Origin: an uncultured SAR86 cluster bacterium
Lineage (GTDB): Bacteria > Pseudomonadota > Gammaproteobacteria > Magnimaribacterales > AG-339-G14
Assembly: GCA_902578495.1 (NCBI GenBank)
Contig: CACHCY010000001.1
Coordinates: 187,975-251,974, forward strand
Reading direction: 5' to 3'
Length of the DNA: 64,000 nucleotides
The notes under the pieces were generated by a model. That model saw only the letters and a list, made by a program, of their open reading frames with translations. It had not been told where the DNA came from and did no database searches. The position numbers were made by a program, and so were the translations under genes. This document shows positions 9,003 through 19,551 of this stretch, in pieces (position 1 is the first letter of the stretch; every line of letters starts with the position of its first letter).

Positions 9003-9704
9003 ATGAGTGAAAAAATAACTATATCTGGTGAATCCAGACAAGAAACAGGTAAGGCAAATTCAAGAAGCTTAAGATCTTCTGAAATAGTCCCCGGGGTTAT
9101 ATACGGAGAAGAAAAATCTTCAAATATTAAACTCTTGGAGAAAGATCTTAAGAAAATCCTTGAAAACCCAAGTATTTTTTCCCAAGTTATCGATTTGAAT
9201 ATTGATGGATCTCCTTTCGAGGTTCTATTGAAAGATATTCAAAGAAACCCGAGGAATGATAGACCTTCACACGTTGACTTCCTTGTTGTTTCAAAAGATA
9301 CCAAAGTGACTGTTAATGTCCCGTTAAAATTTATCAATGAGGATATTTGTATTGGCGTCAAACAAGAAGGCGGTATGATTTCTCACCTCAGAAACGAAGT
9401 AGAAGTTTTATGCTCTGCAGCCTCTCTTCCAGAATTTATTGAAATCGACACTCAAAACATAGAATTGAATCAATCTGTGATGATGTCAGAAATTTCCTTA
9501 CCCGAAGGTGTCGAACTGACTAGCGTATTGAATGATCTCCAAGATCAACCTGTTCTCTCTTGTGCTGTTACGAGGGCTTCTCTTGAAATTGATGATGAGC
9601 CTGTGATTGGAGAAGATGGTGAAGAAGTTACAGACGATGCTGAAGCTTCTGCCGATTCATCTCAAACAGACGAATCTCAAGAAGAAGAATCTAACGACAA
9701 CTAA
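9003..9704 (+). CDS. rplY: 50S ribosomal protein L25 / general stress protein Ctc form, acidic C-terminal tail
   Basis: 233 aa. GK.NSR.LR...VPGVIYG start. Position between prs and pth. Confidence 0.9.
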   Translation: MSEKITISGESRQETGKANSRSLRSSEIVPGVIYGEEKSSNIKLLEKDLKKILENPSIFSQVIDLNIDGSPFEVLLKDIQRNPRNDRPSHVDFLVVSKDTKVTVNVPLKFINEDICIGVKQEGGMISHLRNEVEVLCSAASLPEFIEIDTQNIELNQSVMMSEISLPEGVELTSVLNDLQDQPVLSCAVTRASLEIDDEPVIGEDGEEVTDDAEASADSSQTDESQEEESNDN

Positions 9705-9707
9705 TTT

Positions 9708-10286
9708 ATGGAAACCTTTTTAGTGGTTGGGTTAGGAAATCCTGGCTCAAGGTATGCTAATACAAGACATAATGCTGGAACTGATTTCGTTCATATGCTT
9801 TGTGAAAAGTATGATGTTGAGTTAACAGAAAAGAAAAAATATAAAGCTTCTATAGGAAAATTTCTATTGAAGGATATGGAAGTCATACTTTCTATCCCTA
9901 CCCTGTTTATGAATCAAAGCGGGAAAAGCGTCGCTCCAACTATAAAAGGGGAAAATATAAAATTAAAAAATCTTCTTGTTGTTCATGATGATCTTGATCT
10001 TCCTCCTGGAGTATCAAAATTAAAATTCTCTGGAGGAGATGGAGGTCACAATGGTTTAAAAGATATTATGCAAAGCTTATCTGGTAAAAAAGATTTTAAG
10101 AGGCTAAGAATTGGTATAGGTCATCCAGGCGACACAAATAAAGTGAATTCCTTTGTCGTAAAAAAAGGATCTTCAAGCGAAAGAAAAAATAAACTTTTGG
10201 CGATGCATAATGCTTTGGAAGTTTTTGAACTTGTTGCCTTTGATGATTGGGAAAAAGCTTTGACGCAATTACATTCAAAAAAATAA
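9708..10286 (+). CDS. pth: peptidyl-tRNA hydrolase
   Basis: 192 aa. LVVGLGNPG..Y..TRHNAG and HNGLKDI motifs. Confidence 0.95.
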   Translation: METFLVVGLGNPGSRYANTRHNAGTDFVHMLCEKYDVELTEKKKYKASIGKFLLKDMEVILSIPTLFMNQSGKSVAPTIKGENIKLKNLLVVHDDLDLPPGVSKLKFSGGDGGHNGLKDIMQSLSGKKDFKRLRIGIGHPGDTNKVNSFVVKKGSSSERKNKLLAMHNALEVFELVAFDDWEKALTQLHSKK

Positions 10287-11371
10287 TGGGACTTAAATGT
10301 GGGATTGTTGGATTGCCTAACGTAGGAAAATCTACTTTATTTAATGCATTAACATCATCCGGCATACAAGCTGAAAATTTTCCATTCTGCACAATTGATC
10401 CTAATGTTGGAATAGTAAATCTACCTGACAGCAGACTGAACAAAATAGCTGAAATTGTTGATCCTGAAGAAATAATTCAATCTACTGTTGAGTTTGTTGA
10501 TATAGCCGGTCTTGTTGAGGGAGCTTCCAAAGGAGAGGGTTTAGGTAATAAGTTTCTTGCCAATATCAGAGAAACAGATGCGATAATTCACGTGGTTAGA
10601 TGCTTTGAAGATGAAAGCATAATTCATGTCAAAGATAAAATATCTCCTCTAGATGATATAAAAACTATTGAACTAGAACTAATCCTTGCTGACATGGAAG
10701 TTCTTGAGAACGCCATCGAAAATGTTAAGAGGAAAGCAAAAAGTGGCGACAAAAAGCTTCTCTTTACCTTAGAAGTTTATGAAAAAACATTGGAATTTCT
10801 AAACAAAGAAGAAAATTTAAGAAATATAAACTTTGAAAATAACGATTTAGCTGAACTTAAAGGCTTAAATCTTATTTCAATCAAACCTGTTATTTATGTT
10901 GCAAACATAGATGATAGCCTTGAAGAAAATGAATTTTATTCATCCGTTAAAGAATTTGCCTCTGAAAATAATTCTCAAGTCATTGGTCTATGCAATCAGC
11001 TAGAAGCTGAAATAGCTGAACTTGGAGATGACAAAGATGATCTTCTGAGAGATATAGGTCTGGAAGAACCTGGATTAAACATCATGATCAGGGCAGCGTT
11101 TAATAGTTTAGGTCTTCAAACTTTTTTTACAGCCGGGAAAAAAGAAGTTAGAGCTTGGGAAATAAAAAAAGGATGTCTTGCTCCTCAAGCTGCAGGAACA
11201 ATTCATACAGACTTTGAAAAAGGTTTTATAAGAGCTGAAACTATTTCCTATGAAGACTATATTGAGTTTAATGGTGAGTTAGGAGCTAAAGAGGCTGGAA
11301 AATTAAGATCCGAGGGTTCTGAATACATCATTAAAGATGGAGACGTAGTTCTCTTCAGATTCAATGTCTAG
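10286..11371 (+). CDS. ychF: ribosome-binding ATPase YchF
   Basis: The canonical N-terminus [23 protein letters not shown] begins at the ATG at 10286, forming TAATG with the pth stop. The track ORF start at 10247 is an upstream in-frame extension inside pth. Confidence 0.95.
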   Translation: MGLKCGIVGLPNVGKSTLFNALTSSGIQAENFPFCTIDPNVGIVNLPDSRLNKIAEIVDPEEIIQSTVEFVDIAGLVEGASKGEGLGNKFLANIRETDAIIHVVRCFEDESIIHVKDKISPLDDIKTIELELILADMEVLENAIENVKRKAKSGDKKLLFTLEVYEKTLEFLNKEENLRNINFENNDLAELKGLNLISIKPVIYVANIDDSLEENEFYSSVKEFASENNSQVIGLCNQLEAEIAELGDDKDDLLRDIGLEEPGLNIMIRAAFNSLGLQTFFTAGKKEVRAWEIKKGCLAPQAAGTIHTDFEKGFIRAETISYEDYIEFNGELGAKEAGKLRSEGSEYIIKDGDVVLFRFNV

Positions 11372-11379
11372 CTTGTTGC

Positions 11380-11408
11380 TTGACTTTTAATGATCAGACT
11401 AAGAGAAT
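11380..11408 (+). promoter_or_regulatory. candidate sigma70 promoter for tRNA-Met (TTGACT-17 nt-GAGAAT)
   Basis: -35 TTGACT at 11380..11385, 17-nt spacer, -10-like GAGAAT at 11403..11408, 12 nt before the tRNA 5' end. Sequence match only. Confidence 0.3.
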
Positions 11409-11419
11409 TCTCTTTCTTT

Positions 11420-11496
11420 GGCTATGTAGCTCAGCTGGTTAGAGCGCTGCACTCATAACGCAGAGGTCGGTAGTTCAAGTCTACCCATAGCCACCA
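11420..11496 (+). tRNA. tRNA-Met (anticodon CAU), elongator type
   Basis: Acceptor GGCTATG/CATAGCC plus ACCA, D arm GCTC..GAGC, anticodon loop CTCATAA, T arm GGTAG-TTCAAGT-CTACC. The acceptor stem resembles E. coli metT (GGCTACG). There is one A-C mismatch at the base of the anticodon stem. Confidence 0.85.
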
Positions 11497-11499
11497 GAT

Positions 11500-13605
11500 T
11501 TATTCTTCGGTAGTTTGTTCAGGTGAATTTACTGCTTTGATGCTGAGTTTTACCCTGCCTCTGTCATCAATACCAATGACTTTAACATCGACTTCTTCTC
11601 CTTCAACAAGGTAGTCAGAAACTTTCTCAACCCTTTCTTCCATGATTTCTGAGACATGAACTAGACCTTCTTTGCCGCCATCTATTGAAACAAAAGCTCC
11701 GAACTCGACAATTTTAACTACGGTTCCGGTATAAATCTGACCCACTTCAGGATCAGCTACAATTTGATTAATGAGATCTACGGCTGTTTGTCTAGATTCA
11801 GGTGAATCGCCAAATATTTTAATCTCTCCATTATCATTAATATCGACATTTGAACCAGATTTTTCGGTAATACTTTTAATAACCGAACCACCCTTTCCAA
11901 TCACTTCTCTAATTTTATCTTTTGCAATAGTCATATTTACGGCTTGAGGTGCATTTGGTGAAAGTTCTTTTCTTGGAGAGTCTAATACTGAGTTCATTTT
12001 TTCGAGGATATGAGTTCTTGCTGTTTGAGCTTTCTCAAGAGCTACCTCCATTATTTCTTCTGATATTCCTTTAACTTTAATATCCATTTGAAGCGCAGTG
12101 ACTCCATCAGAAGTTCCTGCTACTTTAAAATCCATATCCCCCAGATGATCTTCATCTCCTAAAATATCAGTTATGACGCAGAAATTATCCCCCTCGAGTA
12201 CAAGTCCCATGGCTACTCCTGCCACAGCTTTCTTAATCGGAATTCCTGCATCCATCAATGATAAACTTGAAGAGCAAACTGTTGCCATGGAACTAGAACC
12301 ATTAGACTCAGTTATTTCAGATACAACTCTTATTGTGTAAGGAAATTCTTCTTGAGATGGCAAAACTGCTTCCAAAGCCCTACGGGCTAATTTTCCATGA
12401 CCAATTTCTCTTCTTTTTGGCGCTCCTATAAAACCAGCCTCGCCAACCGAATAAGGAGGAAAGTTATAATGAAGCATAAATGGATCATTTGTTGTGCCCT
12501 CTAAGGCATCAATTAATTGAGCATCCCTGGACCCACCAAGTGTCGCTACACCAATAGATTGAGTCTCTCCTCTAGTAAATAAACAAGAACCGTGAGATTT
12601 ATTTAGAAAGCCAACTTCTATATCTATTGGTCTTACTGTTTCAAGATCTCTTCCGTCTATTCTTGAGTCTCCGTTAAGAAGTCTTGATCTCACTATTTCT
12701 GATTCTATTGATTTGAAGTATCCAGAAATAACATTTTCGTCTTCTAAATCTTCATCATTTAAGCTCTCTTTCATCTTATCTCGAGCAATAGAAAGTGATT
12801 CCTGTCGTTTAGCTTTTTCTGGAATAGAATAAGCATTCACTAAGTCATCTTTTACGATATTTATAATTTTTTCTTTTAATTCAGAATTATCTTCTCTTAT
12901 AGAATATTCAATTTCAGGGATAGAGGTTTTGGATGCAAGTTCTTCAATTAAAGAAATAGTTTTTTGCATTTCTTGATGAGCAAATAAAACAGCTCCGAGC
13001 ATTTGATCTTCTGAAAGTTCTTTTGCCTCAGATTCAACCATTAAAATAGCATCTTTTGTTCCAGCAACAACCATATCCAACATTGATTTTTCTTGAGATT
13101 CATTATCAGGATTGAGCACATATGATCCATCAACAAATCCGACTCTTGCAGCAGAAATTGGACCCTCGAAAGGAAGACCGGATATCGCTAAAGCAGCAGA
13201 TGCTCCAATGAGAGAAATAATCTCCGGACTTTCATTCTTATCAGCAGATAAAACTGTGCATATTACCTGGACTTCTTGAAAATAACCCTTCGGAAACAAA
13301 GGCCTCAAAGGTCTATCAATAAGCCTTGAGACGAGTGTTTCTTTTTCGGTTGGCCTGCCCTCTCTTCGAAAGAAACTGCCTGGAATCTTTCCTGCGGCAT
13401 AATATTTTTCTGTGTAATTTACTGTTAGTGGAAAAAAAGATTGCCCTTCTGGCTCTCTTCCAGCAACGACAGTTACAAGAACTTGATTATCGCCAGAAGA
13501 CGCAATAATAGATGCTGTGGCTTGTCGTGCTATTTTTCCTGTTTCTAATTTTATTTCTCTACCAGCTACATTTGTTGTAACTGACGCATAAGTTTCTTCA
13601 AACAT
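11500..13605 (-). CDS. pnp: polyribonucleotide nucleotidyltransferase (PNPase)
   Basis: 701 aa. Two RNase PH domains, then KH and S1 domains (GQIYTGTVVKIVEFGAFV). Confidence 0.97.
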   Translation of the reverse strand: MFEETYASVTTNVAGREIKLETGKIARQATASIIASSGDNQVLVTVVAGREPEGQSFFPLTVNYTEKYYAAGKIPGSFFRREGRPTEKETLVSRLIDRPLRPLFPKGYFQEVQVICTVLSADKNESPEIISLIGASAALAISGLPFEGPISAARVGFVDGSYVLNPDNESQEKSMLDMVVAGTKDAILMVESEAKELSEDQMLGAVLFAHQEMQKTISLIEELASKTSIPEIEYSIREDNSELKEKIINIVKDDLVNAYSIPEKAKRQESLSIARDKMKESLNDEDLEDENVISGYFKSIESEIVRSRLLNGDSRIDGRDLETVRPIDIEVGFLNKSHGSCLFTRGETQSIGVATLGGSRDAQLIDALEGTTNDPFMLHYNFPPYSVGEAGFIGAPKRREIGHGKLARRALEAVLPSQEEFPYTIRVVSEITESNGSSSMATVCSSSLSLMDAGIPIKKAVAGVAMGLVLEGDNFCVITDILGDEDHLGDMDFKVAGTSDGVTALQMDIKVKGISEEIMEVALEKAQTARTHILEKMNSVLDSPRKELSPNAPQAVNMTIAKDKIREVIGKGGSVIKSITEKSGSNVDINDNGEIKIFGDSPESRQTAVDLINQIVADPEVGQIYTGTVVKIVEFGAFVSIDGGKEGLVHVSEIMEERVEKVSDYLVEGEEVDVKVIGIDDRGRVKLSIKAVNSPEQTTEE

Positions 13606-13623
13606 TTAATTTCCTTTATAAAT

Positions 13624-13652
13624 CTGAATCTAAGTTACTTTCTTAGATTCAG
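13624..13652 (-). promoter_or_regulatory. rpsO-pnp intercistronic stem-loop (perfect 11-bp stem, 7-nt loop containing the rpsO stop codon)
   Basis: CTGAATCTAAG (13624..13634) is the exact reverse complement of CTTAGATTCAG (13642..13652). On the minus-strand RNA the hairpin is followed by AUUUAUAAAGGAAAUUAAAUG, which holds the pnp SD and start. Confidence 0.5.
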
Positions 13653-13904
13653 TGCTTCTAGAACAGAAGAATAAGCCTCAGAATCTTTTACTTTGAGATA
13701 ATCTAATAACTTTCTCCTAGAATTCACCATTCTTATGAGTCCCTGACGGGAATGATGATCCTTTGCATGATCTTTAAAATGCTTTTGTAACGATTCAATA
13801 TTCGCAGTTAATAAAGCTATTTGAACCTGAGGTGAACCAGTGTCTCCATCCGCCACGGCAAATCTACTTACAATTTCATTTTTCTGTTCTGTTTTTAAAC
13901 TCAA
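13635..13904 (-). CDS. rpsO: 30S ribosomal protein S15
   Basis: 89 aa. [17 protein letters not shown]...HKKDHHSRRGL-type sequence. AGGAGG SD upstream. Confidence 0.95.
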   Translation of the reverse strand: MSLKTEQKNEIVSRFAVADGDTGSPQVQIALLTANIESLQKHFKDHAKDHHSRQGLIRMVNSRRKLLDYLKVKDSEAYSSVLEALNLRK

Positions 13905-13920
13905 TGAGTCCTCCTAGTTT

Positions 13921-14805
13921 TTAAGATAAAGATAGAAAATTTTCTAGGAATCGTTTTGGTTTAAGTAAACCTTCGTTATATTCTACCAATCCAATGAATC
14001 CCCTTTTGGAATCCCTTAGCCTTAAAATAGTCGAAGAATCGTATTTCAAGTTAGATTCGACGAATTGGCCGTTTCTTAATTTATCTACTATATCTGGCGC
14101 GCATTGTATCTCATTAAAGCAATTTAGTGCATCATTTGGTGAAATTATTTTATCGATAGGTAAACGGTCTTCAGGGAGCTTGATTGCATTTTTCAGATAG
14201 AAATTCCCAGATCTGGTTCTTCTAAGATCTTTCAAATAAGCAGGACAATTAAATAGTTCACCGATATCTTGTGCTAAGGATCTGATGTAAGTTCCAGAAC
14301 TACAAGAGACTTCAATATTAATTTCATTTTCCATTATGGATAAAAGTTTTATTGAAGATATGAAAATTTCTCTTTCATCTTTATCTATTTTTATGCCTTT
14401 TCTTGCGTATTCATAAAGAGATTTTCCTTTGTGTTTCAAGGCTGAAAATGCTGGAGGTTTTTGTTTAGATTTGCCCAGGAATTTTTGAATTGTGTTTTCT
14501 ACGTCTTTTGAAGAGAAATCTAAAAATGAAAATTCTTTTGAATCGATTATTTCTCCCTCAGAGTCACCAGTGCTAGTCTTTTTTCCAAAATATATGCATG
14601 CTTCATAAGTTTTTTCAGACAAGCTCAGATATGAAGCAAATCTGGTCATTTGATTGAGGCAAACTACCAATATTCCAGTAGCCATTGGATCAAGAGTTCC
14701 ACAATGTCCAATTTTTAGTTTTGGTTCTAATTTAGAAAGTCTTCTTATATGAGAAGCAGACGACTCAGCTTTTGGCTTATCAATTTGAAGTACGCCATTA
14801 ATCAT
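13921..14805 (-). CDS. truB: tRNA pseudouridine(55) synthase
   Basis: 294 aa. GHCGTLDPMATGILVV catalytic Asp motif. Confidence 0.9.
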   Translation of the reverse strand: MINGVLQIDKPKAESSASHIRRLSKLEPKLKIGHCGTLDPMATGILVVCLNQMTRFASYLSLSEKTYEACIYFGKKTSTGDSEGEIIDSKEFSFLDFSSKDVENTIQKFLGKSKQKPPAFSALKHKGKSLYEYARKGIKIDKDEREIFISSIKLLSIMENEINIEVSCSSGTYIRSLAQDIGELFNCPAYLKDLRRTRSGNFYLKNAIKLPEDRLPIDKIISPNDALNCFNEIQCAPDIVDKLRNGQFVESNLKYDSSTILRLRDSKRGFIGLVEYNEGLLKPKRFLENFLSLS

Positions 14806-15115
14806 AAATGCTTAGCTCGTCATAAATAAAAATCAGACTTGGAACTCTTTTCAAAGATAAATTTCTTGCCAGACTTGATCTTAAGAAGCCTGATGCATTT
14901 TTAAAACCTTTTTCTAAGTCTGCTTGATCGGAAGAAGATATCAAATTTCTGTAGAAGATTTTGGCTATCTTCATATTCTCAGACATTTCTACTTTAGTAA
15001 TGACAGTATTTTCTAGTCGGGGATCTTTTACCTGCGTTTGAACTAGATTAGATATTTCCCTGAATATGAGATCTGCGATCCTATCAGACCTCTTAAATGA
15101 GTATTTATTTGTCAA
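14798..15115 (-). CDS. rbfA: ribosome-binding factor A
   Basis: 105 aa. RSDRIADLI.REIS......KDPR pattern. Position between infB and truB. Confidence 0.9.
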   Translation of the reverse strand: MTNKYSFKRSDRIADLIFREISNLVQTQVKDPRLENTVITKVEMSENMKIAKIFYRNLISSSDQADLEKGFKNASGFLRSSLARNLSLKRVPSLIFIYDELSIYD

Positions 15116-17466
15116 GATTCAAGTTTTCTGGCTATTTCTTCTCTTTCATATACTTCAATGACATCGCCAACTTTTGCATCGGTATAATTAGTAATCCCTA
15201 TCCCACATTCTGTACCGCTTTTGACTTCTGAAGCCTCATCTTTGAATCTCCTTAGTGAGTCTAATTTTCCTTCATGAATTACAATATTATCTCTGAGGAC
15301 TCTTACGAGTTTATTTGCCATAATGCTTCCATCAGTAACCATTGAGCCTGCAATAAGACCGAATTTGGGTGATTTGAATAATTCTTTAACTTCTGCGATG
15401 CCTAATTGTCTTTCTTTTATTTCTGGTTCTAAAGAACCTTCTATCAAAGCTTTAATTGAATCCAATAAATCGTAAATTATGCCGAAATACTTTATTTCTA
15501 TTCCTTCGCTTTCTGCTAAATTGAGTGCAGTGGTATCGGCTCTCACGTTGTAACCAAAAATAGTTGCCTCTGATGCAATTGCTAAGTTGACATCATTTTC
15601 GGTAATAGAGCCTACTCCATCGAGAACGATCTTTAAATTAACCTCATCTATTTTCATATTGAGAACTGAACCAGATAGAGCTTCTAATGTTCCATTAGAA
15701 TCAGATTTAAGAATAAGATTTATTGAAGGTTTAGTCCCATCAGCATTTGCAAATATATTTTCAGAATTTAGAGAGCCCATTCTGGAAAGTCTTTTTTCTC
15801 TCTCTTTTGTAGCTCTTTCTTCTGACAGATTTTTTGCTGTTTTTTCATCTTTCAATACATAAAACTGATCCCCAGCTGATGGAGGATATTCCAGACCTGA
15901 TATAGATACAGGTGAGGAAGGTTTTGCAGTTTTAATTGGTTTATCATTAAAATCTTTTAGAGCCCTAATTTTTCTGGTTTGATCGCCTACAAGAATGAAG
16001 TCACCTGTATTTAGGCTACCTTGTTGAATTAATAGTGTTGCAACTGCACCTTCGCCTCTTTTTACTCCAGATTCTAAAACTACTCCTGTTGCAGGCCCTT
16101 CAAAAGATGCCTTTAAGTCCATGATTTCTGCTACTAGGAAAATTGTTTCTAACAATTCAGGGATTCCTTCTCCGGATTGAGCTGATACAGGAACCATTTG
16201 AATGTCACCGCCCCAATCTTCTGCAACAAGTTCTTCCTTAGCTAAATCCCCTTTTATTTTGTCTACATCAGCCTCTGGTTTATCAATTTTATTTATTGCA
16301 ACCACAATTTGCACGCCAGCAGCTTTGGCATGATTTATGGCTTCAACTGTTTGGGGTTGGACGCCGTCATCAGCAGCAACAACAAGAACAACAATATCTG
16401 TAGAATTTGCTCCTCTTGCTCTCATTTTTGAGAATGCAGCGTGGCCTGGTGTATCAATAAACGTGAGATTGTTATCCTCAATTGATACTTGATAAGCACC
16501 TATGCTTTGAGTGATGCCTCCCTCTTCTTTATCTGCAACTGAGGAATTTCTTATGTAATCAAGAAGTGAAGTTTTTCCATGATCAACATGTCCTAGGACA
16601 GAGACGATGGCATCTCTTCCAATTTGCTCTCCTTCTTGAGCAAATCCCTCAAGCATTTTTTCCTCTGCTTCGTTTTCTTGTATCAGATTACCCACATGAC
16701 CCAGCTCGGTAGTTATAAGAACTGCGGTTTCTTGATCAAGAGACTGATTCACTGTAGCCATAATTCCATTATTCATAAGAGCTTTAATAAGGTCAGAAGA
16801 TTTCACGGAAAGTTCTTTAGCTAATTCAGCTACAGAAATAGTTTCAGGAATTGATATCTCTTTCTGTACAAATTCAGTTGGCTTCTCAAATTTTTGGACT
16901 GATGCAAGCTGGGATTCTAAAAACTTTTCACCTTCTTGTTCTTTTTTATCCAGCTTTGAATCTTTAGAAGGACTTTTGAGATCCTTTCTTTGAGTTTTTG
17001 TTGGTTTTTTTGCTGAAGAACTTCCTTTGCTTTGTTTTGCTTGTTCTTGTTTTGTCTTCCTAATTACCTTGGTTGAAGAATCTTTTATTCTTTTTTCTCT
17101 TTCTTCGTCTTGAGCTTTCTTATCACTAGATGCCTGAACTCTCCTCTTTTCTGCAGCCTCAAAATCAATTGCTCCAGATAAATCTCCTGATGAACCTTTT
17201 TCTTTATCAGATTGACTCTCAGATTTAAACCTAGTGATAGAGATTTGACCTTCATCATTCTTAGTCTCAGTTTTTGTTTTCTTAGCAATAGAAATAGTTT
17301 TCTTAGATCCTTTCTTTGAACTCTTAATATGTTCGAGAATTTTTTTTCTATCTTCTTTAGAAATATTATCATCGGCAGATGATTGGGATAGGCCCGCTTG
17401 ATTTATTGCTTCTAACAAAGAATCTACTTCGTATCCTATGACTTTTGCTAAATCACTTACATCCAT
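15112..17466 (-). CDS. infB: translation initiation factor IF-2
   Basis: 784 aa. Lys/Glu-rich N-terminal region. G domain [19 protein letters not shown] and NKID. Confidence 0.97.
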   Translation of the reverse strand: MDVSDLAKVIGYEVDSLLEAINQAGLSQSSADDNISKEDRKKILEHIKSSKKGSKKTISIAKKTKTETKNDEGQISITRFKSESQSDKEKGSSGDLSGAIDFEAAEKRRVQASSDKKAQDEEREKRIKDSSTKVIRKTKQEQAKQSKGSSSAKKPTKTQRKDLKSPSKDSKLDKKEQEGEKFLESQLASVQKFEKPTEFVQKEISIPETISVAELAKELSVKSSDLIKALMNNGIMATVNQSLDQETAVLITTELGHVGNLIQENEAEEKMLEGFAQEGEQIGRDAIVSVLGHVDHGKTSLLDYIRNSSVADKEEGGITQSIGAYQVSIEDNNLTFIDTPGHAAFSKMRARGANSTDIVVLVVAADDGVQPQTVEAINHAKAAGVQIVVAINKIDKPEADVDKIKGDLAKEELVAEDWGGDIQMVPVSAQSGEGIPELLETIFLVAEIMDLKASFEGPATGVVLESGVKRGEGAVATLLIQQGSLNTGDFILVGDQTRKIRALKDFNDKPIKTAKPSSPVSISGLEYPPSAGDQFYVLKDEKTAKNLSEERATKEREKRLSRMGSLNSENIFANADGTKPSINLILKSDSNGTLEALSGSVLNMKIDEVNLKIVLDGVGSITENDVNLAIASEATIFGYNVRADTTALNLAESEGIEIKYFGIIYDLLDSIKALIEGSLEPEIKERQLGIAEVKELFKSPKFGLIAGSMVTDGSIMANKLVRVLRDNIVIHEGKLDSLRRFKDEASEVKSGTECGIGITNYTDAKVGDVIEVYEREEIARKLES

Positions 17467-17471
17467 ATTTT

Positions 17472-18932
17472 TTATTCCTCAAACCAATCAGATCTTGCAT
17501 CCATAATAATTTTTGCAGCTAATTCTTCATCTATTTTGGTCATTTCTACTAATTCATCAACAGATAGGTCAGCTAGCTCATCCTTGCTAGATAAATTATC
17601 TGAAAGAACTTTTGCAATTTCCTGATCAACATCTTCTAGAGAATTAAAGTCAAATGCTTCCTCCATATCTGAAAGAGCAATTTCAATCAGCGCATCAGAG
17701 GCTCTTTCAATTAATGTTTCAGCAATTTCTTCTGTTATCTCCTCTATTTCACAAAGCTTAGATATTTCAGCTTCTGCAATGGAGTTGACTGATTCAAAAC
17801 CATTAGAAATTAAAATTTCTGATGTTGAAGTATCAATATCTAAGTATTTTTCAAGAATATTTGAAGCTTGATCAGACCCAGAAGATTCTTTATCTTCATT
17901 TTCTCCTCTAATCTGGATATCCCATCCAATGAGTTCAGAAGATAATCTTATATTTTGACCATTTCTTCCTATTGCTTGAGCCAAACTTTCATCTTTGACC
18001 TGAACTTCCATTTTATCTGCATCTTCATCTAAAACTATTGAAGTAACTTCAGCTGGAGACAAAGTATTTATTAATAATTTTGCTGGATCATCTTCCCAGA
18101 CAATAATATCAATTCTCTCATTACCTAATTCATTTGAAACTGCTTGAACTCTCGCTCCTCTCATTCCCACACATGCTCCAACAGGATCAATTCTTGTATC
18201 GTTTGTTTTGACTGCGATTTTAGATCTTCCTCCAGGTTCTCTAGCCACGGCTCTTATCTGAACTACTTCTTCAGCTATCTCAGGAACCTCAAGCTTAAAT
18301 AATTCAACTAGCATCTCTTTTGACCCTCGAGATAAAGTTAATTGTGATCCTCTATTTTCACGAACGGTTTCTTCAAGAATAGCCCTGACCCTATCACCGA
18401 TGCGATATATCTCTCCTTGAATTAAATCTGACCTAGGTAGAATGGCATCAGCTCCTTCACCGAGATCAACAATGATTGTTTCTCTTGTAACTTTCTTTAC
18501 TGTCCCTGTAACTAGAAGACCTAAGGAGGATCTGAATTTTTTTATTGTTTCAAGTCTCTCAGCATCTCTTACTTTTTGAACAATGACTTGTTTGGCAATT
18601 TGGGCAGCAATTCTTCCAAACTCAACATTTTCAATTTTTTCTTTCACTAAGTCACCAAGAGAAAGGTTTTTTTCCTCCGCATGATCGCTATCGATAAGAA
18701 TATGCATCTCAGGAGTTTCATAATCATCAACCTCTACTACCTCCCAACATCTAAAAGTTTCATAATCTCCTGTCTTATGATCTATATCCACTCGTATATC
18801 TACATCATCTGCATATTTTTTCTTAGCAGCGCTAGCCAAAGCAATTTCAATTGCTTCAAAAATAGTATCTTTTGGTAGATCTTTTTCATTCGAAACTGAT
18901 TCTGCAACCATTAATATTTCTTCATTATTCAT
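17472..18932 (-). CDS. nusA: transcription termination/antitermination factor NusA
   Basis: The canonical N-terminus MNNEEILMVAESVSNEK starts at the second in-frame ATG (18932), preceded by GAGGT 6 nt upstream. S1 and two KH domains, plus an acidic C-terminal repeat region. Confidence 0.93.
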   Translation of the reverse strand: MNNEEILMVAESVSNEKDLPKDTIFEAIEIALASAAKKKYADDVDIRVDIDHKTGDYETFRCWEVVEVDDYETPEMHILIDSDHAEEKNLSLGDLVKEKIENVEFGRIAAQIAKQVIVQKVRDAERLETIKKFRSSLGLLVTGTVKKVTRETIIVDLGEGADAILPRSDLIQGEIYRIGDRVRAILEETVRENRGSQLTLSRGSKEMLVELFKLEVPEIAEEVVQIRAVAREPGGRSKIAVKTNDTRIDPVGACVGMRGARVQAVSNELGNERIDIIVWEDDPAKLLINTLSPAEVTSIVLDEDADKMEVQVKDESLAQAIGRNGQNIRLSSELIGWDIQIRGENEDKESSGSDQASNILEKYLDIDTSTSEILISNGFESVNSIAEAEISKLCEIEEITEEIAETLIERASDALIEIALSDMEEAFDFNSLEDVDQEIAKVLSDNLSSKDELADLSVDELVEMTKIDEELAAKIIMDARSDWFEE

Positions 18933-19389
18933 TTGATACCTCGAAAATTGGTTCAAGTCTTGCAACTATAATTTTGTCAAAATTAATAAAAAGATCGTTT
19001 TCCTCTTTTAAAAAAATTCCTTCCTCGTTAGCATTCAGCAAAAGAGAAACTTTGGTTACCTTTTTGTTTCCATCGTAGAATTTAACTTTAATTTCATGCC
19101 CAATAAATTCGTGAAATTGCTCTAATTTAAAGAATTTTCTATCCAATCCTGGAGAGGATACTTCTAAAGTATAATCAAATGATACAAGCTCTATATTGGT
19201 GAGCAATTCATTTACTTGATTGCTTACTTTCTGACAATCATCTATATCTACGCCGTTTTTTTTATCTATAAAAATTCTTATTAATTTTGATCTTGAATTA
19301 CCTGATAATTCAATTCCCCAAAGAGAAAGTCCAAAAGATTCAATATCTTTTGTAATGTTTATTTCTAACTTTTCTATCGTACTTGTCAT
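18925..19389 (-). CDS. rimP: ribosome maturation factor RimP
   Basis: MTSTIEKLEINITKDIESFGLSLWGIEL aligns with the E. coli RimP N-terminus. The ATG at 19389 is preferred over the upstream GTG at 19395. Position upstream of nusA. Confidence 0.85.
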   Translation of the reverse strand: MTSTIEKLEINITKDIESFGLSLWGIELSGNSRSKLIRIFIDKKNGVDIDDCQKVSNQVNELLTNIELVSFDYTLEVSSPGLDRKFFKLEQFHEFIGHEIKVKFYDGNKKVTKVSLLLNANEEGIFLKEENDLFINFDKIIVARLEPIFEVSNE

Positions 19390-19406
19390 AACCACATATA
19401 AAAGAA

Positions 19407-19419
19407 GCCCATAAAGGGC
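19407..19419 (-). terminator. weak hairpin between initiator tRNA and rimP (possible attenuator)
   Basis: Minus-strand RNA reads GCCC-UUUAU-GGGC, followed by UUCUUUUAUAU. The GC stem is only 4 bp (extendable by G-U pairs), so this is a weak call. Confidence 0.25.
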
Positions 19420-19427
19420 CCAAAAAA

Positions 19428-19504
<77 letters not shown>

Positions 19505-19522
19505 ATATTCTTAAACTGCGCG

Positions 19523-19551
19523 AGTATAGGTTTTTAAAGCTTGTTTTTCAA
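19523..19551 (-). promoter_or_regulatory. candidate sigma70 promoter for tRNA-fMet/rimP-nusA-infB (TTGAAA-17 nt-TATACT, then a CGCGC discriminator)
   Basis: On the minus strand, -35 TTGAAA is at 19551..19546, the spacer is exactly 17 nt, and -10 TATACT is at 19528..19523. A GC-rich CGCGC follows immediately, and the tRNA 5' end lies 18 nt after the -10. Confidence 0.45.

Noticed and set aside
10247-10285. N-terminal extensions of track ORFs: ychF 10247, nusA 18965, rimP 19395, RDD 35742, AKR 46944, lpxA 57662 and GH84 3999.
   Set aside because: Canonical N-termini begin at internal start codons. Those starts give the usual ATGA/TAATG coupling or an SD, and they avoid long overlaps with upstream or divergent genes.
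11420-11496. Possibility that the CAU tRNA is tRNA-Ile2 (the lysidine substrate of TilS) rather than tRNA-Met.
   Set aside because: The acceptor stem GGCTATG closely resembles E. coli elongator metT (GGCTACG, G2-C71/C3-G70). It lacks the C4-G69/C5-G68 pairs I associate with E. coli tRNA-Ile2. This remains a by-eye judgement.
17085-17372. 95-aa Lys-rich ORF in an alternative frame on the same strand within the infB N-terminal region.
   Set aside because: It is a product of the purine-rich, low-complexity IF-2 N-terminal coding sequence. The IF-2 frame is continuous and conserved.
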